Positions 18,498 through 26,309 of a stretch of DNA of 34,881 nucleotides are shown piece by piece. Both the position numbers and the translations under genes were made by a program. Below the pieces are notes generated by a model. That model searched no databases. It had not been told where the DNA came from and worked only from the letters and a program-made list of their open reading frames with translations. Location of the stretch: positions 1 through 34,881 of IMG/VR virus record IMGVR_UViG_3300032318_001636. The stretch is one strand, 5' to 3'. Source of the stretch: a virus (lineage: Duplodnaviria; Caudoviricetes). The first letter of the stretch is position 1. Every line of letters begins with the position of its first letter.

Positions 18498-19467
18498 AAG
18501 GCCACCTGGGATTTCCGTGTCGCGCGTGCATCGTGCCGAGCGCGCCGCTGAATATCCGACAGTCCAGCCTGAGCACGGATTGCGCTTCAGGCTCGATCGC
18601 ATGGGACGAGCCGGACAGCACAGGCACGCGGCCACTTACGGGATACCGCGTCGAGTCGTTGGGCGCGGGCGGCTGGCAGACGCTCATGGAGACATCGTCC
18701 AGCACTCGCACGGCGACGTTGTCGTGGTGCAGAGATACGACGGCTGTTCGTGTTCGTGCGCTGAATGCGTGTGGGCAGGGGCGGCTTCTGACTCGTTCAA
18801 CGGCGCGTCGTGGCTGAATAACTGCGGCGCTCACCAACTATTCACGTCGTCTGGCACCATTCCGATCCCGTGCTGGGTCAACTCGATAAAGGTCTGGGCG
18901 GTCGGAACTGGCTCGACCGTCGGCACCGGTGGGACGGCTGGCGCGCTGACGTGGAAGACGTGGTCTGTCGACACGCAGTACGAGTCGCCTTCGATCTCGC
19001 TTACCAGCTCTGGCACGTCTGTGACGTATCGCGGGACAACCGTCACAGCACCAAGCGGCGGCAGCGCCAGCTCGTGGAGCGGCGGCGACGGCGGCCGGAA
19101 CGGCGGCTCTGGCGGACAGAGCAACAACGGCGCGAACTGGCAGTTCCTGACCGGGTCCATTTTCCTGAGCAGCTGGTACCTGGGCGGGGCTGTGGCCGGA
19201 TACGGCGACAACAAGGAAGAGCGCGCCGTGTCGCCGTGCAAACGTGTGCCGCTCAACGCGACCTACGACGGCGGCGTGCTGGCTGCGGCGGCGGCCTGCG
19301 GCCTGAAGACCACCGAGGACTGTAGTACAGAGCCTGCGTTCGGCTCGGGCGGAATCAAGGTTCCGACATCGCCAGCCCGCTATTTCGCTGCGGGATACGG
19401 CGGTGGCGGGTTCGACTCGAGCTACCCCGGTGGCGCTGGCTGCGTCATCGTGCAGTACCTGGCATGA
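18494..19467 (+). pseudogene. Fibronectin type III + Gly-rich fibre protein, split by a 1-nt frameshift at 18778-18781
   Basis: The frame from TTG 18494 gives an FN3 domain (PSAP..IAWDEP..GYRVE..VRALNACGQG); the adjacent frame continues AASDSF..FTSSGT..VWAVG..GGAGCVIVQY. Confidence 0.7.
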
Positions 19468-19511
19468 CGTGACGGTATGACTCCCCGACACTGCCGAGGC
19501 CATGGTGGGCG

Positions 19512-19712
19512 ATGGCAAAACGATCGAAGGCCAAGCAAACGCCGCCGCGGTTCATCCTGAACCCGGACCTGGCGGACGACTCGGACGAAGACCCGCCGGT
19601 CATGGGGACTCCCGATGACGACGGCTGGGTCTACCTGAACAGATCCCAGAAACCCAAGGAGGGGGAGCAGCGTGCCAAAAGCAAAGGCAAGCATTCTCGC
19701 GGAGGCCGTTAG
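19512..19712 (+). CDS. Hypothetical protein
   Basis: Basic-acidic-basic 66-aa ORF filling the gap. Confidence 0.6.
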   Translation: MAKRSKAKQTPPRFILNPDLADDSDEDPPVMGTPDDDGWVYLNRSQKPKEGEQRAKSKGKHSRGGR

Positions 19713-19926
19713 CGCGGCAGTCGTGACGCACGGCACGCAGCCGTGGCATCGTCGCGTGGCAGAAGAGCACCAGGCAGAGCTACAGCAAGTGAAGGCCGAC
19801 TGGAAGGCCGGGAAAATCAAGCTGCCGCTTCGCGTGTTTGCAAAGTCGTTGAGCCGCGTTTTGCAATCGCGCGAGATCTCGTCTGTCGGCTTCCAAGGAG
19901 TTGAGCAATGGCTTCGCGCCGACTGA
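19672..19926 (+). CDS. Hypothetical protein (possibly DNA-binding)
   Basis: GGAG-rich RBS, GTG start, precedes the phosphoesterase. Confidence 0.65.
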   Translation: MPKAKASILAEAVSAAVVTHGTQPWHRRVAEEHQAELQQVKADWKAGKIKLPLRVFAKSLSRVLQSREISSVGFQGVEQWLRAD

Positions 19927-20978
19927 CAGATGAGGCCATCGAAGACGCCGGCACGGCCTCGCAGCTCGCGGCCGACGCCGAGCTGGCCAGGCTGCGGTCG
20001 GAGATCTCCAGCCTGAAGGGGCGGTACGCCGCTGCGCTGAAGCGGATCGACGCGGAACGCGACAGGGCCTCGAGGCTCGTCGAGCTCTCCGGGATCCAGG
20101 CGAAACCGCCCAAGGCCCGCAAGGCCAGCAAGTCGAAGGCGGCAGCCACCGTGATCGTGGCGCTGTCGGACTGGCACGTCGAGGAGGAGGTCAGGCCGGA
20201 GACGGTGAACGGACTGAACGCCTTCGACCTGGACGTCTGCGACCACCGGATCGACGAGCTCGCGGAGCGGTTCGGCCACCTGCTCGAGCACGAGCGTCAG
20301 CTCGTCCGCGTCGACCGCGTCGTCGTTTGGCTGGGTGGCGATTTCATTTCGGGCCACATTCACCCGGACACGGCCGAGCTCGCGCAGCTGGCGCCGCTGG
20401 CGGCCACCCGCTGGGCCGGCGAGCGGCTGCGTGGGTTCGTCGACATGGTGGCCGGCATGGCCCGCGAGGTCGTCGTCGTCACCTCAAGCGGCAACCATGG
20501 CCGGTCGACCGAGAAGCTGCGGGTCGGGACCGAGCTCGACCACTCGTTCGAGCACGATCTCTACATTCGCCAGGCAGCCGAGGAGCGGAACAAAAACGTT
20601 CGCTGGCAGGTTGGCGGCGGGTACCTGAACGTCCTGGACCTGGACGGGTTCAAGGTCCGGTTTCACCACGGCCACGCCATCCGGTACGGCGGCGGCGTTG
20701 GCGGGATCGCCATCCCGACCGCCAAGGCGATCGCCGCCTGGGACCGCGTGGACCATGCCGACCTGACGGTCTTCGGGCATTGGCATCAGTTCTCGTGGCT
20801 GCGGGCCGGGCGGTACGTCTCGAACGGGAGCTTGATCGGTCACAGCGCATACGCCACAAGGATCAAGGCGGCCTACGAGCCTCCCTGCCAGGCAATGATC
20901 GTCGTCGACCATGGCCGGCAGGAGGTGACGTCCGCGAAACCGATCTTCTGCGACCGCGACCTGAAGGCCCGCCGATGA
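19908..20978 (+). CDS. Calcineurin-like metallophosphoesterase with N-terminal coiled coil
   Basis: SDWH, GGD, GNHG, HHGH, GHWH motifs in canonical order. Confidence 0.92.
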   Translation: MASRRLTDEAIEDAGTASQLAADAELARLRSEISSLKGRYAAALKRIDAERDRASRLVELSGIQAKPPKARKASKSKAAATVIVALSDWHVEEEVRPETVNGLNAFDLDVCDHRIDELAERFGHLLEHERQLVRVDRVVVWLGGDFISGHIHPDTAELAQLAPLAATRWAGERLRGFVDMVAGMAREVVVVTSSGNHGRSTEKLRVGTELDHSFEHDLYIRQAAEERNKNVRWQVGGGYLNVLDLDGFKVRFHHGHAIRYGGGVGGIAIPTAKAIAAWDRVDHADLTVFGHWHQFSWLRAGRYVSNGSLIGHSAYATRIKAAYEPPCQAMIVVDHGRQEVTSAKPIFCDRDLKARR

Positions 20979-21676
20979 GACTGCCCGACGACTACCTGGC
21001 CGACGCTCGAGCCAGGGCCAATCGGTATATGGCCCAGTGGACCGGCACGACCGGCAGCCTGGCGGCCGACGTCCGCCGGTTGCTCCTGGAGCGCGAGGAC
21101 CTGGTCCGCGAGCTCGAGCAGGCCCGCCGGCCAGAGCCGCCGATGGTGGTCGGGTTCGCCGGACACGCAGGGGCCGGGAAGAACGCCGCGGCCGAGGCCC
21201 TGGGCGGAGTCGTCCTGGGGTTCGCTGATCCGCTGTACGCCGCCCTGGGGGCCATGCTTGGCGTCCCGGAGGAGCAGCTGCGGGCCAGGGCCACGAAGGA
21301 GCTGCCGATGGCCTGCGGGAAGAGCCCGCGGGATCTGCTGCGAACTCTGGGGACAGAATGGGGCCGCCAGCTCGTCCGCTCGGACCTGTGGATCTGGCGA
21401 GCCCGGCAGCGGATCACAGAGGCCACCAAGGCAGGCGCCTCGACCATTGCGATCTGCGACGTCCGGTTCAGGAACGAGCTAGAGTTCGTCCGCGACGAGC
21501 TCCGCGGGCAGGTCTGGTGGATCGAGCGGCCCGGCACGGCGGCAGGCGAGCACGCCTCGGACGTGGCCCTGACGGCCGCGGACTGCGACCGCACGATTCA
21601 GAACGCCTGCAGCCTGGACCACCTGCGGTGGGCCGTGCAGGTGGCCATGAAAGAGGCCAGGAGCGCGGCAGCCTAG
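20975..21676 (+). CDS. Deoxynucleoside monophosphate kinase-like protein
   Basis: GFAGHAGAGK, FADPL, SPRDLLRTLGTEWGR, DVRFRNE, HASD motifs. Confidence 0.92.
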   Translation: MRLPDDYLADARARANRYMAQWTGTTGSLAADVRRLLLEREDLVRELEQARRPEPPMVVGFAGHAGAGKNAAAEALGGVVLGFADPLYAALGAMLGVPEEQLRARATKELPMACGKSPRDLLRTLGTEWGRQLVRSDLWIWRARQRITEATKAGASTIAICDVRFRNELEFVRDELRGQVWWIERPGTAAGEHASDVALTAADCDRTIQNACSLDHLRWAVQVAMKEARSAAA

Positions 21677-21697
21677 GCTACCCTGTCCTGCCTGTTC

Positions 21698-22609
21698 TTA
21701 GCCTGCCCCCCCCCCCCCCCCCCTATCTTGAAACGCTGGCGTGAGCAGCTCGCGCGGCGTGATCGCGTTCCGCGTCAGGTGCGACGGGTCGATGTAGTTC
21801 CGCTCGGCGATCCTGGAGCCTGGGACGTGGCCCAGGTGGGCCGTCGCCGATCCAGGGCGTTGGATCTCGACGTCCGTCGCGGAGGCCCTGCGGAGCCACT
21901 TCCAGGTCCCTTTTCTGATGCCTGCCTTCTGGACGAGCCTGGCGAACTGATCGTCGAACGTTTCATGGCTGGCGAGCCATGGCGTGACGAGTTGCCTGGG
22001 GGCGAGCTCAAGCGAGACTCGCAGGGCATCGAAGGTCGACGGCGACAGCTGGCAGATCACAGGCCGACCTGTCTTCGACTGGACAAGGCCGACGGCGCCG
22101 GACGGCCGCACGTCTGCGACAGGCAGCCTGAACTGGTCGCCTTGCCGAAGGCCGGTGTCCCATGCCATCCGGATCGCCAGGTCGAACCAGGCGGACCTGC
22201 GGAGCCCTGTCCTATGCCACCGTTTAAGGCTCTGGCATGCCTCGAGCAGGGCGGAAACCTCGGACCAGTCCCAGCACGTCGGCGCCTTGTACGGGCATTT
22301 CACGGAGCGTATGCGCCGCGTCGGCGGCTCGCAGAGCCCTTCGTCGGCGGCCGCTCTCCACAGGGCCAGGAGGCCAACCTTCTTCGACCTGACAGTCTCC
22401 GGCTCGACGCCGCTGGCCGCGTAATCGCGCAGCCACGCGGAGACGCTTGTCTCATCGAGCTCGTCGAGCCGGACTGGGTGTCCGGCCCACCGCTCGAACA
22501 GGCGCGCGGTGATCGCGTACTGCCTGACCGTCTCCGGCCTGACGTCTCTGAGGAGGCTGTAGTTTGCGGCGTACGCTGACAGCGTGGCCGGGCCTGACTT
22601 GCAATACAT
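21698..22609 (-). CDS. int: Tyrosine recombinase / integrase
   Basis: TGLRQGD (Arg), QSKT (Lys), KWLRR (HxxR variant), LGH, RNY (Tyr); next to a tRNA-derived att. Confidence 0.93.
   Translation of the reverse strand: MYCKSGPATLSAYAANYSLLRDVRPETVRQYAITARLFERWAGHPVRLDELDETSVSAWLRDYAASGVEPETVRSKKVGLLALWRAAADEGLCEPPTRRIRSVKCPYKAPTCWDWSEVSALLEACQSLKRWHRTGLRRSAWFDLAIRMAWDTGLRQGDQFRLPVADVRPSGAVGLVQSKTGRPVICQLSPSTFDALRVSLELAPRQLVTPWLASHETFDDQFARLVQKAGIRKGTWKWLRRASATDVEIQRPGSATAHLGHVPGSRIAERNYIDPSHLTRNAITPRELLTPAFQDRGGGGGAG
21706..21723. repeat. C18/G18 homopolymer in the integrase 3' end
   Basis: 18 consecutive C on the + strand. Confidence 0.9.
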
Positions 22610-22784
22610 GGGACCGGACCGTCACGAGTCGGACTGGGCGCTCCTGCGGCCCCCTCCGACGCCCTCCGCACTCCCTCGTGGAGCGGGTTAGTGGTGCCAT
22701 CCTCCGGACGGCTGGCTTGCTCGTCAAACGCCCCGCAAAACCGGATCTACGGTTCCAGTAGGTGGCCGCTACGGCTCCAGTTGG

Positions 22785-22834
22785 GCATCGGTCTACGGAA
22801 CCGAAGGTTGCAGGTTCGAGCCCTGCGGGGTGTA
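22785..22834 (+). mobile_element. Putative attP core: 3' two-thirds of tRNA-Arg(ACG)
   Basis: Anticodon arm TCGGT-CTACGGA-ACCGA, T arm GCAGG-TTCGAGC-CCTGC, 3' acceptor strand GGGGTGT+A; no D arm or 5' acceptor strand upstream. Confidence 0.88.
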
Positions 22835-22841
22835 CATGCTC

Positions 22842-22872
22842 GCCACCTCAACGCTACGCGCGTTGGGGTGGC
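22842..22872 (+). terminator. 13-bp hairpin following the tRNA fragment
   Basis: GCCACCTCAACGC-TACGC-GCGTTGGGGTGGC (one G-U pair). Confidence 0.6.
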
Positions 22873-22883
22873 CTGGGCAACTT

Positions 22884-22912
22884 GTTGATGGATCAACTCG
22901 TATTCCTACACT
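22884..22912 (+). promoter_or_regulatory. Putative promoter with overlapping palindrome
   Basis: TTGATG-16 nt-TACACT; GTTGAT-GG-ATCAAC overlaps the -35. Confidence 0.55.
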
Positions 22913-22920
22913 CTGGGGCT

Positions 22921-23163
22921 ATGGACATGTTGCTGGACAAGGGCGGGCGGAAGATCGCAACCGCTGACGAGCTGGCCGAGGCGATTGGCGTCCACTCGAG
23001 CAACATCCGCAACTGGGCGCGGAACGGCCAGCTGACGCAGCTGGTGGAATCCCCCCGCCGCGTCTTCTACTACGTCGACGAGGTCAAAGCCTTGAACAAG
23101 GCCAAGATCGACCTGCGGAAGAAGCGCGGCGGGAGGCCGCGGAAGAAGGGCACGGCAGCCTAA
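22921..23163 (+). CDS. MerR/excisionase-like HTH protein
   Basis: TADELAEAIGVHSSNIRNWARNGQL...RVFY; AT-hook-like RGGRPRK; ends TAA; divergent from int across attP. Confidence 0.85.
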   Translation: MDMLLDKGGRKIATADELAEAIGVHSSNIRNWARNGQLTQLVESPRRVFYYVDEVKALNKAKIDLRKKRGGRPRKKGTAA

Positions 23164-23337
23164 CCTCCTGCGCAGCGGCAGCTTGAGTGCGCCAGCTCGA
23201 TAGGCCTCAACGCCATCGGCCTCGAGGTGCCGGTTGGCGTATCGAATGGCCAGCTCTCCGGCATGATCTCACAGGCCGTCGGCCGATAGCCCGTTTCCGC
23301 TGAAAAACGCAGCGGGCAAGAATCTTTCAACCTGGGC

Positions 23338-23367
23338 TTGACCAATAAACGATAGAGAGCATAGGTT
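23338..23367 (+). promoter_or_regulatory. Putative early promoter
   Basis: TTGACC followed 18 nt later by TAGGTT in an AT-rich intergenic stretch; CCAATAAAC overlaps it and recurs at 23507. Confidence 0.45.
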
Positions 23368-23422
23368 CTCGTCGCGTCATGGATGACGCTGACATTTGGC
23401 TCTGGTTTTCAAGGAGGAAAGC

Positions 23423-23494
23423 ATGGACGCACAGGTGTGGATCGAGCTGCTCGTGGTTGTGCTGAAGATCTTCGCGGCAGGCCTCGCCGGCTAG
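23423..23494 (+). CDS. 23-aa hydrophobic peptide MDAQVWIELLVVVLKIFAAGLAG
   Basis: AAGGAGG RBS 5 nt before ATG; single TM-like helix; followed by T7. Confidence 0.65.
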   Translation: MDAQVWIELLVVVLKIFAAGLAG

Positions 23495-23530
23495 TTTTTT
23501 TACGATCCAATAAACACTAGGGAGAATCGC

Positions 23531-23800
23531 ATGGACCCGCATCTTCCGGAATACCTTGCGGCCGCCGGCAACCTGCACGAGCAGACGCCGACGCCAAGCG
23601 AACGCCGCACGGCCTTCGAGAACTACTCGGTCGGCGACGAGATCACGTTTCGGCTGGCCGGCTGGAGCAATTCCAGCAGCGACAGCGGACGCGTCTGCGA
23701 CATGCACGAGGAGCGGCTGACGCTGCTCGTGGAGACGTCGACCGACGTCGTCGAGCTGGACCCGAGGCCGTGGCCGGTGGGCAACGTTTTGCCGTTTTGA
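23531..23800 (+). CDS. Hypothetical protein
   Basis: GGGAG RBS; 89 aa; ends in LPF. Confidence 0.75.
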   Translation: MDPHLPEYLAAAGNLHEQTPTPSERRTAFENYSVGDEITFRLAGWSNSSSDSGRVCDMHEERLTLLVETSTDVVELDPRPWPVGNVLPF

Positions 23801-23930
23801 GTAGGAGCCGCCCAGCGGGGACCGCTGGTGCGGTAGGAGGCGGCCGGAGGCCGCGTAGCAGGGAAGCAAGTTCACCCGCCGAGCTCGGACGCGAGGCGGG
23901 ATTCACGACGAGAAGCAAAGGACGCAAAAG

Positions 23931-24884
23931 ATGAGTGGATTCAAGAAGGCAACAAAGGCCGCCGCGAAACTGCGGGCGGCGATCTTTGGACCGAGCGGGG
24001 CCGGGAAGACGTTCACCAGCCTGCGGGTGGCGACGGGCCTGGCGGACGGCCAGCAGATCGCGGTGATCGACACCGAGCGCGGATCGGCCAGCAAGTACGC
24101 GGACCGGTTCGCGTTCGACGTGCTCGAGCTGGCCGACCAGACCATCGACGGCTACGTCGAGGCGATCCGCCAGGCGGCGCAGGCCGGGTATCCGGTCCTC
24201 GTGATCGACTCGCTGTCGCACGGCTGGCAGACGCTGCTCGAGGAGGTCGAGAAGCTGGCGAAGGCCAAGTACCGCGGGAACACCTGGTCGGCCTGGTCCG
24301 AGGGGACGCCGCTCCAGCGGCGGCTCGTACAGGCGATCCTGGGCTATCCCGGCCACGTCATCGCCACGATGCGGTCGAAGACCGAGTGGACGACCGTCGA
24401 CGACGGCCGCGGCAAGAAGAGCCCGCAGCGTGTCGGCCTGGCCCCCGAGCAGGGCAAAGGCGTCGAGTACGAGTTCGACCTGCTGGTCGAGATTTCGACC
24501 GAGCACATTGCGAACGTGATCAAGGACCGTACCGGGCGATTCCAGGACAAGCTGCTCGACAAGCCTGGCGAGGACTTCGGCCGCGACCTGGCGGCCTGGC
24601 TGGCGGACGGGATCCCGGCCCCTGTGGCGTCGGCGCCGACGCCTGCAAAAACCGCTGACGCTACCAGCGGTACAGGGGCCGGCCATCCCGAGCCGCCGCT
24701 CTTCGACCGGATCACGGCGCACGTAGCCGAGGCCGCCAGCGTGCGGACGCTTGGTCGGATTGCAGACAGGATCGACGTCCTGGCAAGCGACGGCCAGCTG
24801 ACGTCGCAGCAGGCACAGGAGCTGCACGCCCGCGTGGGGCGTCGGCACGACCAGATTGAACCCAAGACGCAGGAGGTGGGCTGA
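23931..24884 (+). CDS. AAA_24 / Sak4-like recombination ATPase
   Basis: GPSGAGKT Walker A, IDTERGS, LVIDSLSH, YEFD, KDRT motifs. Confidence 0.9.
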   Translation: MSGFKKATKAAAKLRAAIFGPSGAGKTFTSLRVATGLADGQQIAVIDTERGSASKYADRFAFDVLELADQTIDGYVEAIRQAAQAGYPVLVIDSLSHGWQTLLEEVEKLAKAKYRGNTWSAWSEGTPLQRRLVQAILGYPGHVIATMRSKTEWTTVDDGRGKKSPQRVGLAPEQGKGVEYEFDLLVEISTEHIANVIKDRTGRFQDKLLDKPGEDFGRDLAAWLADGIPAPVASAPTPAKTADATSGTGAGHPEPPLFDRITAHVAEAASVRTLGRIADRIDVLASDGQLTSQQAQELHARVGRRHDQIEPKTQEVG

Positions 24885-25351
24885 TGGTTGATTTCCGTTT
24901 CGACGAGGGATTCGACGAGCCCGCGGCACCCGCCAGGGGCGAGCGCCTGGACGTTCCCGAAGGCGTCCACGACTTCCTGATCAAGCAAGTGATCGACGAG
25001 GGCGAGCGGATCCAGGTCCGCCTTGAGCACGGCGACAGGCGGTACGGCTGGGTGTTCTGCCGGCTCCTGAAACAGGCCGACTGGGCGAAGCGGCTCGTCC
25101 GCGAGCTGGCGAAGGCCCTGGGCATGACGCAGGAGGAATGGCTCCTGGCGGACGTCGGAGACATCGCGGGGCGCCGCGTCCGGGCCGAGATCGTCCACGT
25201 CCAGAAGGACAAGCTGTTCGTGAACGTGAACCACTTCCTGCCGATCGAGGAGATCGCCCAGGAGGCCGCAGCCAAGGCCAAGGCACGAGCGCCGGCGGCC
25301 AAGGCGACCGCAGCCCTGTCCGAGCAGGTCCACGACGACATCCCGTTCTGA
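24884..25351 (+). CDS. ssDNA-binding protein-like (DUF669-type)
   Basis: VPEGVHDFLI start and acidic DDIPF C-terminus; follows the Sak4-like ATPase. Confidence 0.75.
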   Translation: MVDFRFDEGFDEPAAPARGERLDVPEGVHDFLIKQVIDEGERIQVRLEHGDRRYGWVFCRLLKQADWAKRLVRELAKALGMTQEEWLLADVGDIAGRRVRAEIVHVQKDKLFVNVNHFLPIEEIAQEAAAKAKARAPAAKATAALSEQVHDDIPF

Positions 25352-25411
25352 GGGCAGCCCAGCGGCTGCCGTGTGTGTGATGGATCGAGGTCTTTTTTCA
25401 AGGAGGATCCC

Positions 25412-25726
25412 ATGCGTTGGATGGTTTTCATGACTCTGGCCCTGTTCGTGGCCGCTGCCCAGGCCCACGCCGAGAACGTCATCACGGTCACCACGATCGT
25501 GTCGGCCCAGGAGGCCGCCGAGCAGATGGCCAGGACTGGCGTCCTGCGGCACTGCGGCCGGGCCGGCGGCCGTCGTGAGGGCATCGGCTTCAGCTCGAGC
25601 TCGGCCGACGCCGCCGTCCGCAGCTGCTGCTACTACCAGGACGCGATGCGTGGCCGTTACCGCATCGTCGAGCGCGGCGTGGCCCGCGGGCCTCGAGGCT
25701 GGTTCGCCGTCATCCGCTACGAGTGA
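25412..25726 (+). CDS. Secreted small protein, possibly a reduced CAP/SCP-like domain
   Basis: Signal peptide ending AQAHA; AQEAAEQMA..G.LRH...EGIG...GVARG..GWFAV; AAGGAGG RBS. Confidence 0.7.
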   Translation: MRWMVFMTLALFVAAAQAHAENVITVTTIVSAQEAAEQMARTGVLRHCGRAGGRREGIGFSSSSADAAVRSCCYYQDAMRGRYRIVERGVARGPRGWFAVIRYE

Positions 25727-25890
25727 TTCGTCGCCGGCCCGCCCTGGCTCGGCTGTGCATCGCAGCCGTATGGGTCGCCCAGCCGGTCGTGGCGCGTAAC
25801 GCCGGCAGCTGCGGAGTCGGCTTCAAACCTTCCCGACTGCCGCAGCCGGTCGCCGCACGTTACGCGGCCAATACACAAGGGAATCGAGCA

Positions 25891-26034
25891 ATGCCACCGA
25901 GGACGCAAGTCGACCGCGAGCGAGTCAAGCAGCTCGCGGCCCAGGGCCTGAAGCCGGACGCGATCGCCAAGCGGACCGGCGTGTCGACGGCGGCCGTGTA
26001 CGGCGTGCTCCGGAACTACAGGCGGCGGAGGTAG
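25891..26034 (+). CDS. Small HTH protein (47 aa)
   Basis: LAAQGLKPDAIAKRTGVSTAAVYGVL helix-turn-helix. Confidence 0.8.
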   Translation: MPPRTQVDRERVKQLAAQGLKPDAIAKRTGVSTAAVYGVLRNYRRRR

Positions 26035-26037
26035 GTC

Positions 26038-26295
26038 ATGGACGACCAGGACGTCGACGACTGCGACGGCATGTCGGCATACCGCCGGCGGGAGGCGGAT
26101 CTCGACGAGCTGCTGGAGATCGCGGCCCGGCATCTGCGGGCGGCGGAGCTCGAGCAGCAGGCCGACACGCCGGCCACGCCGCCCACTGCCCTGCCAGCTC
26201 ACCCGCGGTTCGCCAGGCACGTCGCGCGGCTGTCTGACCGCGAGCAGGACCACTGGATCGACCGGATGCGGAATCGGTACGGGGGGGAGTGGTGA
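26038..26295 (+). CDS. Hypothetical protein
   Basis: GGAGGT RBS; fills the gap in the early operon. Confidence 0.65.
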   Translation: MDDQDVDDCDGMSAYRRREADLDELLEIAARHLRAAELEQQADTPATPPTALPAHPRFARHVARLSDREQDHWIDRMRNRYGGEW

Positions 26296-26309
26296 TGCTG
26301 AAATCCAGC

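Noticed and set aside
15152-19467. Diversity-generating retroelement or invertible cassette acting on the fibres
   Set aside because: No reverse transcriptase or serine invertase, and I saw no TR/VR pair or flanking inverted repeats by eye
22760-22834. Complete tRNA-Arg gene
   Set aside because: No 5' acceptor strand complementary to GGGGTGT and no D arm; better explained as an att core
22762-22920. N-terminal extension of the HTH ORF across attP (integration-truncated repressor model)
   Set aside because: The extension is translated tRNA and hairpin sequence; a promoter-like element points to ATG 22921
23160-23345. Minus-strand 61-aa ORF as a repressor
   Set aside because: No HTH pattern, weak TTG start, no clear RBS
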